Assembly (NCBI RefSeq): GCF_030144855.1
Contig: NC_082706.1
Span: 20,584,001 to 20,648,000 of the forward strand
DNA length: 64,000 nt
Direction: 5' to 3'
Origin: Hypanus sabinus
Lineage: Eukaryota
Part shown: piece by piece, positions 13,651 through 23,875 of the stretch
Position numbering within the stretch: the first letter of the stretch is position 1
Layout: each line of letters starts with the position of its first letter
Notes under the pieces: model-generated
What the model was told of the DNA's origin: nothing
The model's input: the letters and a program-made list of their open reading frames with translations, nothing else
Databases searched by the model: none
Translations under genes and position numbers: made by a program

Positions 13651-14261
13651 ACTCATGCACTTATTCAATCAACCCTTAAACCACCGTGTTAAGTAATGTG
13701 TCAGTAAGTAAATTTCTCTTGAGCCCCTGACAGAATTATTTAGTTCACACTTTACATTGACGTGTCCAATTTTTGGCCTCACACAAGAATGGAAACCTTT
13801 CTGATGAAAGGCTGACAGCCATGTATTCCCAAGGTCTTCTGCTTTGATTTCTGATTTCCAGCATCAAAATAGAGACACTTTCTTTACTTCAAGATTATAA
13901 AACAGCCCTGTAATTTAAAGTCACTGCTTAAAGGACCACATTTGATATTTGCCTTATTTTCTCACTACACTACGTGAACAGCATCTGGCCCATGGAGTGT
14001 GTGTTGGATCTCAAAGTAAACCCATCAGTCTCATGCCCAGCAACCTCTGACTCTCTCTCACACACTCATCAAATCACTCACACCAGGGGCAGTTTACAGC
14101 ACAGAATTCACTCACCCATCACTGGGATGTGGAAGGAGCCCTGAGAACCTGGAGGAGATACACGTGGTCACAGGGAGTACGTGCGGACTCCACTCAGTCA
14201 GCACTAGAGGTCAGAATTGAACCTGGGCACTGGAGATGTGAGGCAGCAGCATTATCCACTG

Positions 14262-14446
14262 TGTGGTGTTAACACGTGCAATGCTGTGCCAGTATGTGAT
14301 TGAATAGAGCACTGAGCATGCGCAGGATCTGCTAGAACGTTCCAGCATGTGTTTGTTTATTACTGTAAATAAAAGTTTGATAATTCTTCCAGAAAATGCT
14401 TCTTCATTGTTAACCCATGGTACGTTTAAACAGAAGTAACATAACA
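14262..14446 (+). repeat. 5' LTR
   Basis: tgtggtg...taaca, contains AATAAA, aligns with 16364-16562. Confidence 0.95.
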
Positions 14447-14461
14447 TGGTGTCGAAAGTGG
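14447..14461 (+). promoter_or_regulatory. Primer binding site, probably tRNA-Leu
   Basis: tggtgtcgaaagtgg abuts the 5' LTR; 13/15 match to tggtgtcagaagtgg (complement of the tRNA-Leu(CAA) 3' end, recalled). Confidence 0.75.
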
Positions 14462-14543
14462 TTCTGGAAGAATAATACAGGAGAATCGAGAATCGAAGAT
14501 AATCCGAAAAAAAGAAGAAAAAGTTTGAACTGTAAACGGTAAA

Positions 14544-15320
14544 ATGGAAGGTTTACAACCCCTGCCAAAACTGCAGCTGACTGGCAATGTAGCTGAGATT
14601 TGGAGGATATTCAAACAACAGTTTGAAATATATTTATTGGCAATCGGAGCTGATAGAAAAGCGGACAAAAACAAAGCTGCACTCCTGCTCCATGTAATCA
14701 GAAATGACGCAGTAGAGGTATATAATAATCTTGTCTTTGAAGATGGTGATAATTTCAATTTAAAGTCGATAATTGAGAGATTTGAAGTTTTTTGTATAGC
14801 TAAGAGAAATTTAATGTATGAGCAATATTAGTTCTTCACATGTGCGCAGAGAGCCACTGAAACAATTGATTAGTATGTTACTGAGTTGAGAAAGCATAGT
14901 AGAACATGCAAGTTTGGATTGCTCATGTACTCTCTCATTAAAGATAGACTTGTTTGTGGCATTCCAGATAATGCTCTGAGAGAAAGGCTGTTGGGAGAAT
15001 AAGATATAAATTTTGAAAAGGCTTTGGCACTTTGCAAAGCTTCTGAGACTGTGACATTGCAGGTTGAAGAGATTTTGTGGAAGACTGCAATATAAATGCT
15101 GTAAAAAAAAAAGCGCGAATATATCAAGAAATATAATAATATGTCGACAAAACTGACAGAGAGCAAGACGGCATTGGAAAGAAAAAAATCATGTGATCGC
15201 TGTACGTGGGAACATTGTCCAAGTCAGTGTCCCACATATGGCAAAATTTGCAATGGCTGCAGTAGGATTAATCATTTTTCACGCTGTTGTAATAGTAGAA
15301 AGAAGGAAAATAAAATGAAA
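14544..15320 (+). pseudogene. gag: gag (stops and frameshift)
   Basis: 'MEGLQPLPKLQLTGNVAEIWRIFKQQFEIYLLAIG', 'LIKDRLVCGIPDNALRERLL', zinc knuckles 'CDRCTWEHCPSQCPTYGKICNGCSRINHFSRCC'. Confidence 0.9.
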
Positions 15321-15389
15321 CAAGTAAATGGCATGCTTGAAGATGAACATGAGGAGTTTTATATCGATGTGCTTTGTGAAAATAAACAA

Positions 15390-15722
15390 AGTAAGAATGA
15401 CTGGACTATTCCATTGCAAGTGAGTCAAAACAATATTCTGTTTAAACGTGATACTGGAGCGCAAGTAAATGTTCTTGCAGAATCTGAGTTTAATGCTTTA
15501 AAGCCAAGACCAAAATTACATCAGACAAATATAAAAGTGACTGGGTGTTCAGGTGCAGACATTCCAGTTAAAGGAACATGTGTGGCAAAGGTGTCTCACA
15601 AAAATATTGTGCATATGCTTTCAGTTGTGGTCATGCCGAAAAATGTACAGTCAATTCTGGGTTTATCTGCCTGTGAAAGACTTAATTTGGTGAAAAGAAT
15701 TTCTGTCTTGGATAGTGACACG
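15390..15722 (+). pseudogene. Retrotransposon aspartic protease, in frame with the gag zinc knuckles
   Basis: 'FKRDTGAQVNVL' (DTGA) ... 'SILGLSACERLNLV'. Confidence 0.9.
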
Positions 15723-15996
15723 GAGTTGAAGCGACAGAATGTTGCATTTTTGTCAGCAGAAGGTGACGTAACTTGACTGCAGGTCCAGTTCATGGAGGCA
15801 AATGCTGACATGGAGAATGTAACTGCAGTAGCTGCAGTGTCTTAGATGACCAAACAGGAGGCAATTAATGATATGAAAAAGCAATGGCAGGAGGAGGTTG
15901 CTTCAATGCAAGCGATAATGGAAGAGATACTGAGAAAATATGAGATTCAGTTTAAAGCAAGAACGCGCACAGTGGGCCCAGTATAAGGAAGAAGCG
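15723..15996 (+). pseudogene. RABEP1: Captured Rabaptin-5 N-terminal coiled-coil fragment (part 1)
   Basis: LKRQNVAFLSAEGDVT*LQVQFMEANADMENVTAVAAVS*MTKQEAINDMKKQWQEEVASMQAIMEEILRKYEIQF/KQERAQWAQYKEEA vs recalled human LKRQNAVLQAAQDDLGHLRTQLWEAQAEMENIKAIATVSENTKQEAIDEVKRQWREEVASLQAVMKETVRDYEHQFHLRLEQERTQWAQYRESA (roughly 55% identity by eye). Confidence 0.88.
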
Positions 15997-16122
15997 AAAG
16001 CCCAAGTGAAGGAATTGAGAAGTATTGAAACAATGAAGTCTCAGCATTAAAAAGAGATTACAGAGTTAATGAATGAATTAGACGAAGAGAAGAAGATTCA
16101 TATTTCATTACAAATGGAAGTG
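15997..16122 (+). pseudogene. SH3KBP1: Captured CIN85 C-terminal coiled-coil fragment
   Basis: [41 protein letters not shown] vs recalled human [43 protein letters not shown] (28 identities by eye). Confidence 0.88.
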
Positions 16123-16167
16123 GAACATGAATTGACTAATCTAAGGAAATATTTGTCTGAAGTACAA
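16123..16167 (+). pseudogene. RABEP1: Rabaptin-5 fragment resumes (part 2)
   Basis: EHELTNLRKYLSEVQ vs recalled EREIADLRRRLSEGQ, which directly follows QWAQYRESA in RABEP1. Confidence 0.7.
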
Positions 16168-16326
16168 GGAGACAAAATGAGGATACAAGATAAAAGGAAC
16201 ACATGGACACAGACCAGATCATACACGGTCCGAACAGAGGAGGGAGCGGTGTTAAGAAAGAATTACAAAGACTTCAAGAAAGAGCCAACTTCAAAGTTTC
16301 AGTTATCTGATATGGATGTTTTTTGA
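16168..16326 (+). pseudogene. Integrase C-terminal (GPY/F-like) tail
   Basis: 'GDKMRIQDKRNTWTQ..RSYTVRTEEGAVLRKN' resembles the Mag-clade pol end (GDxVR..W..RSYxV..G..RRN). Confidence 0.8.
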
Positions 16327-16350
16327 TTAACGTTAATTGTTTTTCCTTTT

Positions 16351-16363
16351 GAGGAAAGGAAGA
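16351..16363 (+). promoter_or_regulatory. Polypurine tract
   Basis: gaggaaaggaaga directly before the 3' LTR. Confidence 0.9.
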
Positions 16364-16562
16364 TGTGGTGATATCATGTGCAATGATGTGCCAGTACGTG
16401 ATTGGACGGAGCACTGAGCACGCGTGGGATTCCTAGTATGTTCCAGCACGTGGCTGGGTTAAGATGTGTTGTTTATTACTGTAAATAAAAGTTCTCTAAT
16501 TCTTCCACAAAATGATTCTTCATTGTTAACCCACAGTACGTTTAAACAGAAGTAAAACAACA
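16364..16562 (+). repeat. 3' LTR
   Basis: tgtggtg...caaca, followed by TSD cactg. Confidence 0.95.
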
Positions 16563-17717
16563 CACTGCACCACCATTACTGCTGTGCATGGCACAGAAAG
16601 AGGTCACATACCTCAGGCAGTCTTAGCTTAATTCAAAACTGCCAGCTCCATCCTTCATCTAAATCTGTCACCACAGTCTTCTCATTTACATTTGTTCAGG
16701 CTCCCCTTCAATGCATCTTTACTGTTCAATTTAAGCACTACCTTGAGGATTAAGTTCCACATTTAAACCACTGTGGAAGTGCAGGAGTTTCTTTCAAGTT
16801 GCCAAATAGGTTCCTTGGAGACTGTTAAATTTTTATTGATGGCCTCTGTTTATGCTCTGGTCCACAAATTGAATCATTTGTTCCGCATCTGCGAGATCAA
16901 TGCCTTTCATTGTATCAGATCACTTCTCCAGAGAACAGAGATCCAGTCCGCTCATTGTGACCCAGGAAATCCCCTCTCCTCCTAGTTTACCTTCTGCATT
17001 GTCTTTATACATTCAATGGCCACTTTATTAGGGACACCTGTACACCTGCGCAGTAATGCAAATATCTACTCAGCCAATCATGTGGCAGCAACTCAATGCA
17101 CAAAAGCATGCAAACATGGTAACAGCTTTTCCCTCAGGCTATGAGACTAATAAATACCCTGCCACCATTGAGGTTTCGTCGCTAGAAAATGGAGCCAATT
17201 CACTGCTTACTGCATTGTTTACTGTTCACCTGTGTGGCACAGTATATGCAATTTTGAATTATGCTTGGGCTGAATTATTCTCCGATCCTGGCAATTTCCT
17301 TGCAGACATTTTGTCACTCTATGAGGAGATACCATTAGCTAGCTGTTAATCGTGGTATGACCACAACCAACAGTGCACTGATGATGCGTCCGTGTATGGT
17401 GATAAAGTGTTTGCAAGTAAATTGCCAAAATCGGAGAACAATCCATCCCAACCATCATCACCTGAACTACACATTTTGTGAATTATTTCCATTTAGAATG
17501 ATATTTTATTAACTTATTTATGGTAGTATTGTGGTTTACATGTTGTGTGTGACATATGTTTTGTCGTTGCACTGTGGTCCAGAGGAATGTTGTTTCATTT
17601 GGTTGTGGACATGTACATCCAGATGACAATAAACTTGAACTTGAGATGAATTGTGTGCTAAAGTATTCACACACTACTCTTCAACTGTACATGACCTAAA
17701 GTGGTTTCAAAATAAAT

Positions 17718-18130
17718 ACACTCAGTGGCTACTTTAATAGATACACCTGCTCATTAATGCAAAAATCTAATTGGCAATCGTGGCAACAACTCATCACATA
17801 CAAGCATGTAGACAAGGTCAAGAGGTTCATTTGTCATTCAGACCAAACATCAGAATGGGGATGAAATTAAATCTAAGTGACTTTGACTGTGGAATGATTG
17901 CTGGTGCCAGATGGGGTGGTTTGAGTATCTCACAGACTGCAGATCCCCCAAGATTTTCATGCAAAACAGTCTCTAGACTTTACATAGGATGGCGTGAAAA
18001 ACAAAAAGGGAACATATCCAGTGGATGAGCAGATCTGTGGGTGAAAATGCCTTGTTGATTAGAGAAGTCAGAGAAGAATAGCCAGACTGGTTCGAGCTGA
18101 CAGTAAGGTGACAGTAATTCAGGTAATCCA
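17718..18130 (+). mobile_element. Tc1-like element fragment; a matching right terminus lies at ~18810-18834
   Basis: 'tacactcagtggctactttaatag'; Tc1-like N-terminal 'LSDFDCGMIAGARWGGLSISQTAD'. Confidence 0.7.
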
Positions 18131-18424
18131 CGGTAAGTAACATAATGGTTAATGCAACACTATTACAGCCTGGGGCATTGGAGTTTGGATTTCAATTCTA
18201 GCACCATCTGTAAGAAGTTTGTACATTCTCTCTGCGACCGTGTGGGTTACTGACAGGTACAAACCCACCTCTCCACACTTCCTATCACCACTACTTTATC
18301 ATTCCTGTCAGAGACACCTTATGTACTCCTGTGTCTAGCGTCACTTTATGGACATACAGTCAGTCTATGAATACCTGCATCACAGTGTGCTGGTTATGGT
18401 AAATATGTTGCTAATCATATACAG

Positions 18425-18800
18425 TAAGACCATAGGAGCAGAATTAAGCTTTTCAGCCTATCGAGTCTGCATCATGACTGTTTTTTTTTTCCTTCTCAAC
18501 CCCATTCGTTTACCTTCCTCCCAAATTTTTTCACATCCTGACTAATCAAGAACCAATCAGTCTCTGCTTTAAATGTGCCTAATCACTTGGCATTCAAAAC
18601 CACCCATGGCAAAAAATACCTCTGATTCCCCAGCCATTGGCTAAAGAAATTCCCCCACATCTCTGTCGTAAATGGATGTTGCTCTGTTCTGAGATTGTGC
18701 CCTCTGGTCTTAGACTCCCCCACTATAAGAAAGATTTTCACTTCATCCACTCTATCTCGGCCTTACAATATTTGAAAAGTTTTGATGAGATCCCCTGATG
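18425..18800 (-). mobile_element. CR1 LINE 3' end
   Basis: Same 3'UTR/C-terminus as 920-1240. Confidence 0.8.
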
Positions 18801-18964
18801 CCCAGAGGTAGCTAATAAAGTGGTCACTGAGTGCATTTTCTCTGTGAAATAGTATCTAGAATTGTATCTATTTCTTAATGTACAACACTAAATCAAATTT
18901 AGACATGATTTGATACACATTTAAAATAACAAGACTCTAGAAGAAAACACTTATGCTTGGTTTA

Positions 18965-19550
18965 TGCAAGAGCAAGGATGTGATGCTGAGGCTTTATGAG
19001 GCACTGGTGAGGCCTCACCTTGAGTATTGTGAACAGTTTTGGGCCCCTCATCTTAGAAAAGATGTGCTGGCATTGGAGAGGGTCCAGAGGAGGTTTACAA
19101 GGATGATTCCGGGAATGAAAGGGTTATCATTAAAGGAACGTTTGATAGTTCTGGGTTTGTGCTCGCTGGAATTCAGAAGGTTGAGTGGGGATCTCATTGA
19201 AACTCTTGGAATGTTGAAAGGCCTAGACAGAGTAGATGTGGAAAGGATGTTTCCCATGGTGGGAGAGTCCAGGACAAGAGGGCTTAGCCTCAGGATAGAA
19301 GGGGTGGCCTTTCAAAACAGGGATGCAGAGAAATTTCTTTAGCCAGAGGGTGGTGAATTTGAGGAATTTTTTGCCACATGCAGCTGTGGAGGCCAGGTTG
19401 TTGGGTGTATTTAAGACAGAGATTGATAGGTTCTTGATTGGGCTTGGTATTAAGGGTTATGGAGACTGGGGTTGAGGAGGAGAAAAGAAAGGTCAGCCAT
19501 GATTGAATGGTGGAGCAGACTTGATGGCCCAATTCTGCTCCTCTGTCTTC
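18965..19550 (+). mobile_element. CR1 LINE 3' part
   Basis: 'LRLYEALVRPHLEYCEQFWAPHLRKDVLALERVQRRFTRMIPGMKGLS'. Confidence 0.92.
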
Positions 19551-19856
19551 TGGAAAAGAAGTATATCCTTTTTAACTTTTTCCAGAGAATTATAAACTCT
19601 GTTCTGGGTTTAATTCTATTTTTTTTTACATATGTTGAATGCTGAAATGCAGACAAAAATCAAATTATTAACAACGTAAAGTGCTATATCTTTCAATATG
19701 TTCTTATTTTTTATTCTGTTTCTCTGGAAGATAAATAGTTGCTACAATGATTCTATGGAAGTTGAATAGTTGCTATAACACGCAGTCGAGCATCCTAGAG
19801 TGCTGCATCACTGCACGGTACGGAAAATGCACTGCGACGGACAGGAAGTCTCTCCC

Positions 19857-20240
19857 TACTACTACAACTATGTCAACTCAGACCGAGGGGGCCAGCATCA
19901 GGCACTCCTCCCTCTCCCTCATCAGTGTGTTCAGTTCATCTACATCAGCCGTGCCGCTGTCTTCTAGGAGCCTGTTGACCACTTTAGCGGTGAGCCTCGG
20001 TAGGTCGCCATAGAGCTCGATGTTCGTCATGTGCTGTTGCCAACTCACGTCAAGAGCCATCAAGAGCATTCGTGTATAAAAACCATCTGGTGACTTTCGC
20101 ATGGTCTTGGTGAGTGTCCACGTCTCGCATCTGAACGTGAGAATGGACTCTGTGACCGCTACGAAGATCCTCTTTTTGAGCCCTCTGGTCAGGTTTGACC
20201 TCCAGATTTCCTTCATGTCGTTCATTGCCCTCCATGGCAG
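19857..20240 (-). mobile_element. RTE-clade LINE 3' fragment
   Basis: 'KEIWRSNLTRGLKKRIFVAVTESILTFRCETWTLTK..DGFYTRMLLMALDVSWQQHMTN'; (TAG)n-like tail. Confidence 0.8.
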
Positions 20241-20437
20241 GCTCTACAACAGGTATTTAAAACTGCCCAAAGCATCACCAGCACCTGCCTATCTGCCATC
20301 TAGGATATATATATATACAGAAAGGTGCCAGAAAAGGACCAATAACATCATGAAGGATCACACACACCCTGCTCATGGAATGTTTGTCCCACTCCCATCC
20401 GGGAGGAGAGGCTACATAGTATCCGTGCCAAGATACC

Positions 20438-20662
20438 TGTGGTGAACTACATATACCTGTCTGGACACGCCCCCCCCCCCCCCCCCCACTGACTGCTCCT
20501 GTGGCTCCTCCCACAGACCCCGGTATAAAGGCGATTGGAGACACCGCCCCGGCCTCACTCTCCAGGATGTAGTGTGGTGGTCAATTGCTGCTTGTTCTTT
20601 CTTCCAGCCAATAAAAGCCAATATCTTGCCTCACGTCTCAGAGAGTTATTGATGGTGCATCA
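20438..20662 (+). mobile_element. Solo LTR (225 bp)
   Basis: TG..CA ends, 5-bp TSD atacc (20433-20437, 20663-20667), TATAAA at ~20524, AATAAA at ~20610. Confidence 0.9.
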
Positions 20663-21639
20663 ATACCAGACTCAAAAATAGTTCTTTTCCGCAAGCAGCA
20701 AGGCTGATCAATACCTCCACCCACTATCCCACCCCTTCACACCCCTCACCACCACCACTTTATCATTTCCTGTCAGAGTCACCTTATGTGCAGACACTCC
20801 TGTACCTAACGTCAATTAATCAATCTACCTTTGTAAGATACCTTATCAATTCATATTTATTGTATTCTTTATCTTGTGCTGTGTCAGATCCAGAGTAAGA
20901 ATTATTTTGTTCTCTTTTACACTCGTGTACTGGAAATGACATTAAACAACCTTGAATCTTGAATCTTAGACCAATTTCGGGCCCTGACACCCTGACCTTT
21001 TCAATTTTACCTGGTGCTTAAGTTGCTGTCCAAATATTGGGTTCTGTGCACTCTGGGGCCTGCACCCTGCTGCCTCGATTCGGCCTGTACACAACCTTTC
21101 TAATTTTGCCTCTGTCCTCGCTCTTGGTGACGGACCCACTGGCTTGTCTCGTCTCAGTTCTGTCACATTGAATTGCCTCCAGGTCCAAAGGGAAGTTACA
21201 GGCTACTGTTTGTGGTGATCATTTACCGGAAAAAGAGTGAGTATTTAGCTGTTTTCTTTGTTTCATTGGCCACTGGCCAGAAGTCGCTGAGATGCACCAG
21301 TGTCAACTTAGTTCAGTGTTTCCTCTGGAACTGAGTATACAAGCTTTCTAGGAAGGGATGTCAGGATAGATTAAAGATGTACATATGCAACATAATTGAA
21401 AGTGTTGTCATTGAACAACCTGTACTCTGTACTCATTTTCACATGCCTGTTCAGTGCATGCCCCTTCTTCATTGTTACCAGAACAATAACCCTCCTTCCA
21501 AAATTTTCATAATCCTGACATTGTCATTTTAATCCTCTGTACCCTGCTTGAATTTCTCTCAAAAGACAGAAGAGACTCCAAATGTTCTTTTATCCTGCTC
21601 TGTGTTAATCTGGCATCTCATAATACATTTTGCTCCTCT

Positions 21640-21888
21640 GCCCTTTTTTACTTCCATGGCCTTCTATCTCTTCCGCCAATTTGCTTCTCAGCTCTATTTC
21701 ATCCTCCCCTTTCAGGTTTCAGCTCTCACCTTGTGTTTCTCTCTCCTCTCCAGCCACCTTTTAAATTTACTCCTCAGCTTTTTCTCCTCCAGTCCTGCCG
21801 AAGGGTTTAGGCCCGACGTGTCGATTCTGCTCTTTTCCACACAGATGCTGCCTGGCCTGCTGAGCTCCTCCAGCATTTTGTGTGTGTT
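21640..21888 (+). mobile_element. Penelope 3'UTR/pLTR fragment
   Basis: Pyrimidine-rich tract, degenerate hammerhead 'cagtcctgccgaagggtttaggcccgacgtgtcga', then the shared terminal sequence. Confidence 0.7.
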
Positions 21889-22017
21889 ACCACTTTGTCT
21901 GTTTCACGAGGCCAAGTTGCTAGCTTGCCGCTCAACCTAACATGATGGAAGGCGCAAAATGAGCCAGTCTGATTCAAACGTGGGGTCACTAGCTCCAAAG
22001 TCTGATGTGGATACCAG

Positions 22018-22350
22018 NNNNNNNNNNNNNNNNNNNNNNNNNNNNNNNNNNNNNNNNNNNNNNNNNNNNNNNNNNNNNNNNNNNNNNNNNNNNNNNNNNN
22101 NNNNNNNNNNNNNNNNNNNNNNNNNNNNNNNNNNNNNNNNNNNNNNNNNNNNNNNNNNNNNNNNNNNNNNNNNNNNNNNNNNNNNNNNNNNNNNNNNNNN
22201 NNNNNNNNNNNNNNNNNNNNNNNNNNNNNNNNNNNNNNNNNNNNNNNNNNNNNNNNNNNNNNNNNNNNNNNNNNNNNNNNNNNNNNNNNNNNNNNNNNNN
22301 NNNNNNNNNNNNNNNNNNNNNNNNNNNNNNNNNNNNNNNNNNNNNNNNNN
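22018..22350. other. Assembly gap (333 N)
   Basis: Run of N. Confidence 1.
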
Positions 22351-22974
22351 ACACTCACACTCACACTCATACAGCTAGGGTACCTAAGACTTTTGCACAG
22401 TACGATGTTTGTCAATGTGGAGCTACAGCGAGTTTCTAAATCTGGCGGGAATGGTGTGGGGTGAGTGCCACAGGAGGGGGTGTGGGACAAATAGCAGAGA
22501 AAGAGCGTCAGGGTTGGGGGAGTGTGGGTGCAGACTGGAGACACCAGGCAAAGTCATTTGATTCTGAACAATTGTTTTATTTATCATTGCAGAATGTCTC
22601 TCTGGTGCTTCCCACTCCCTCCCCTCTCACTTCCCCTTTTCCCAACCATGATTCCCCTTTCCCTGCCCCCTTCCCACTCTCAGTCCACAATAGAGATTCA
22701 TATCTGGATCAGGTTTATCATCACTCATATATGTCTTGAAATTTTGTTTTTTTTTGGTGTAGTGGCATCCACACCAGACTTTGGGGCTAGAGGTCCCAAG
22801 TTCTTTATATATATTCACACACATACACACACACACACTCACATCTAGGGTGCCTCAGGTTTTGTGCAGTACTATATTTGTCAACACAGAGCTGAGTAAT
22901 ATATATGTATGTATGTGCATATGTGTGTATGTGAATATATGTATTTATATGTGTGTGTGTATCTCCTTCTATAT

Positions 22975-23282
22975 TAGGCCACAAACTTATCAATCACCCC
23001 GATGAGTTATTAACTACAAACTTTCTGCATAATCACTTAAAGAGTCGAACTGCTTGTGCATGTAACGAGAGCGGTATAACTCATCTCCTTCTACTCGAGG
23101 CCACAAACTTAACAATCACCCCTGCTCTGGACACTTTCTGGAGGTCCAAGATCCGTATGCTCCACGACTGCTGGACTAAGTATGCAAATATAAGAGGGGA
23201 CTATGTTGAAAAATAAATGTGCTAGGTTTTCGAAAATTGACTCCTTCTACCTTAGGCCACGAACTTATCAACCACCCTAGGT
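22975..23282 (-). mobile_element. Mariner-like non-autonomous element with internally repeated TIR motif
   Basis: Three copies of 'ggccac(a/g)aactta(t/a)caa(t/c)caccc'; reverse complement of 55052-55277. Confidence 0.7.
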
Positions 23283-23597
23283 TTAGATCAGCCATGTGAT
23301 CTCCTGGGCCAGTTTTCGATAGCCTGGATGGGTCGGAGAGGAATTCTCCAGATTTTTTCTCCTCAATTGGCAAATCCGTTTTCTTTTCCCCCAGGTGATC
23401 ACATGGGTTTGGGCAGGATGAATAATAAAATAAAATGGGTGGCATGGTGCCCTGTTGGTTGGCACTGTTGCCTTGTGGGATTTGGTGAAAACTAGAGTTA
23501 AGATTGGATCAGCCACAATCTTGTTGAATGGCGGAGCAGGCTTGAGGGGCCGATTGACCTACTCCTGCTCCTATCTCTTATGTTCTTATGTATGTTC

Positions 23598-23875
23598 ACC
23601 CCTCGTATTACAGCTCGGGACGTCCCAGAGTTAGAGTTTAATTCTGGAGACATTCTATAAGGAGTCTCTATATGTCCTCCTTGTAAATGGAGTGTGTTTT
23701 CCTCAGATGCTCCGGTTTCTGCCACAGTCCAAAGGTATATCGGGTAAGCTAATTGGTCATAGTAAATTGTCCCGTCATTAGGGTAGGGTTTATCAAGGTC
23801 GTGGGGTTGCTGGGGCAGTGTGGCTCGAAGGACCAGGAGGGCCTACGCTGGGCTGTATCGTTCAATAAATAAATG
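23598..23875 (+). mobile_element. V-domain SINE (preceded at ~23283-23595 by a repeat ending in a CR1 3' tail)
   Basis: 'gctccggtttctgccacagtccaaag..aattggtcatagtaaattgtccc', AATAA tail. Confidence 0.75.

Larger units (their letters stand above)
14262..16562 (+). mobile_element. Ty3/Gypsy (Mag-like) LTR retrotransposon, non-autonomous copy carrying captured host gene fragments
   Basis: Two TG..CA LTRs, 5-bp TSD cactg (14257-14261, 16563-16567), PBS, PPT, gag, aspartic protease and integrase C-terminal tail; no RT/RNase H/integrase core seen. Confidence 0.95.
14080..16574 (-). mobile_element. V-SINE split by the LTR element (pieces 14080-14261 and 16563-16574)
   Basis: SINE head reads '...gcagcattatccactg | caccacc' across the insertion. 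Confidence 0.7.
19785..20966 (+). mobile_element. Rex1/Babar LINE 3' part with two nested insertions
   Basis: 'SSILECCITARYGKCTATDRK', 'IMKDHTHPAHGMFVPLPSGRR'; (CTTGAAT)n tail. Confidence 0.8.

Noticed and set aside
15723-16167. Genuine host RABEP1 or SH3KBP1 exons
   Set aside because: Enclosed by LTRs with a TSD, fused to protease and integrase tail, interleaved with each other, and carrying stops and a frameshift
21807-22544. Long ORFs containing X runs
   Set aside because: Artefacts of the N gap
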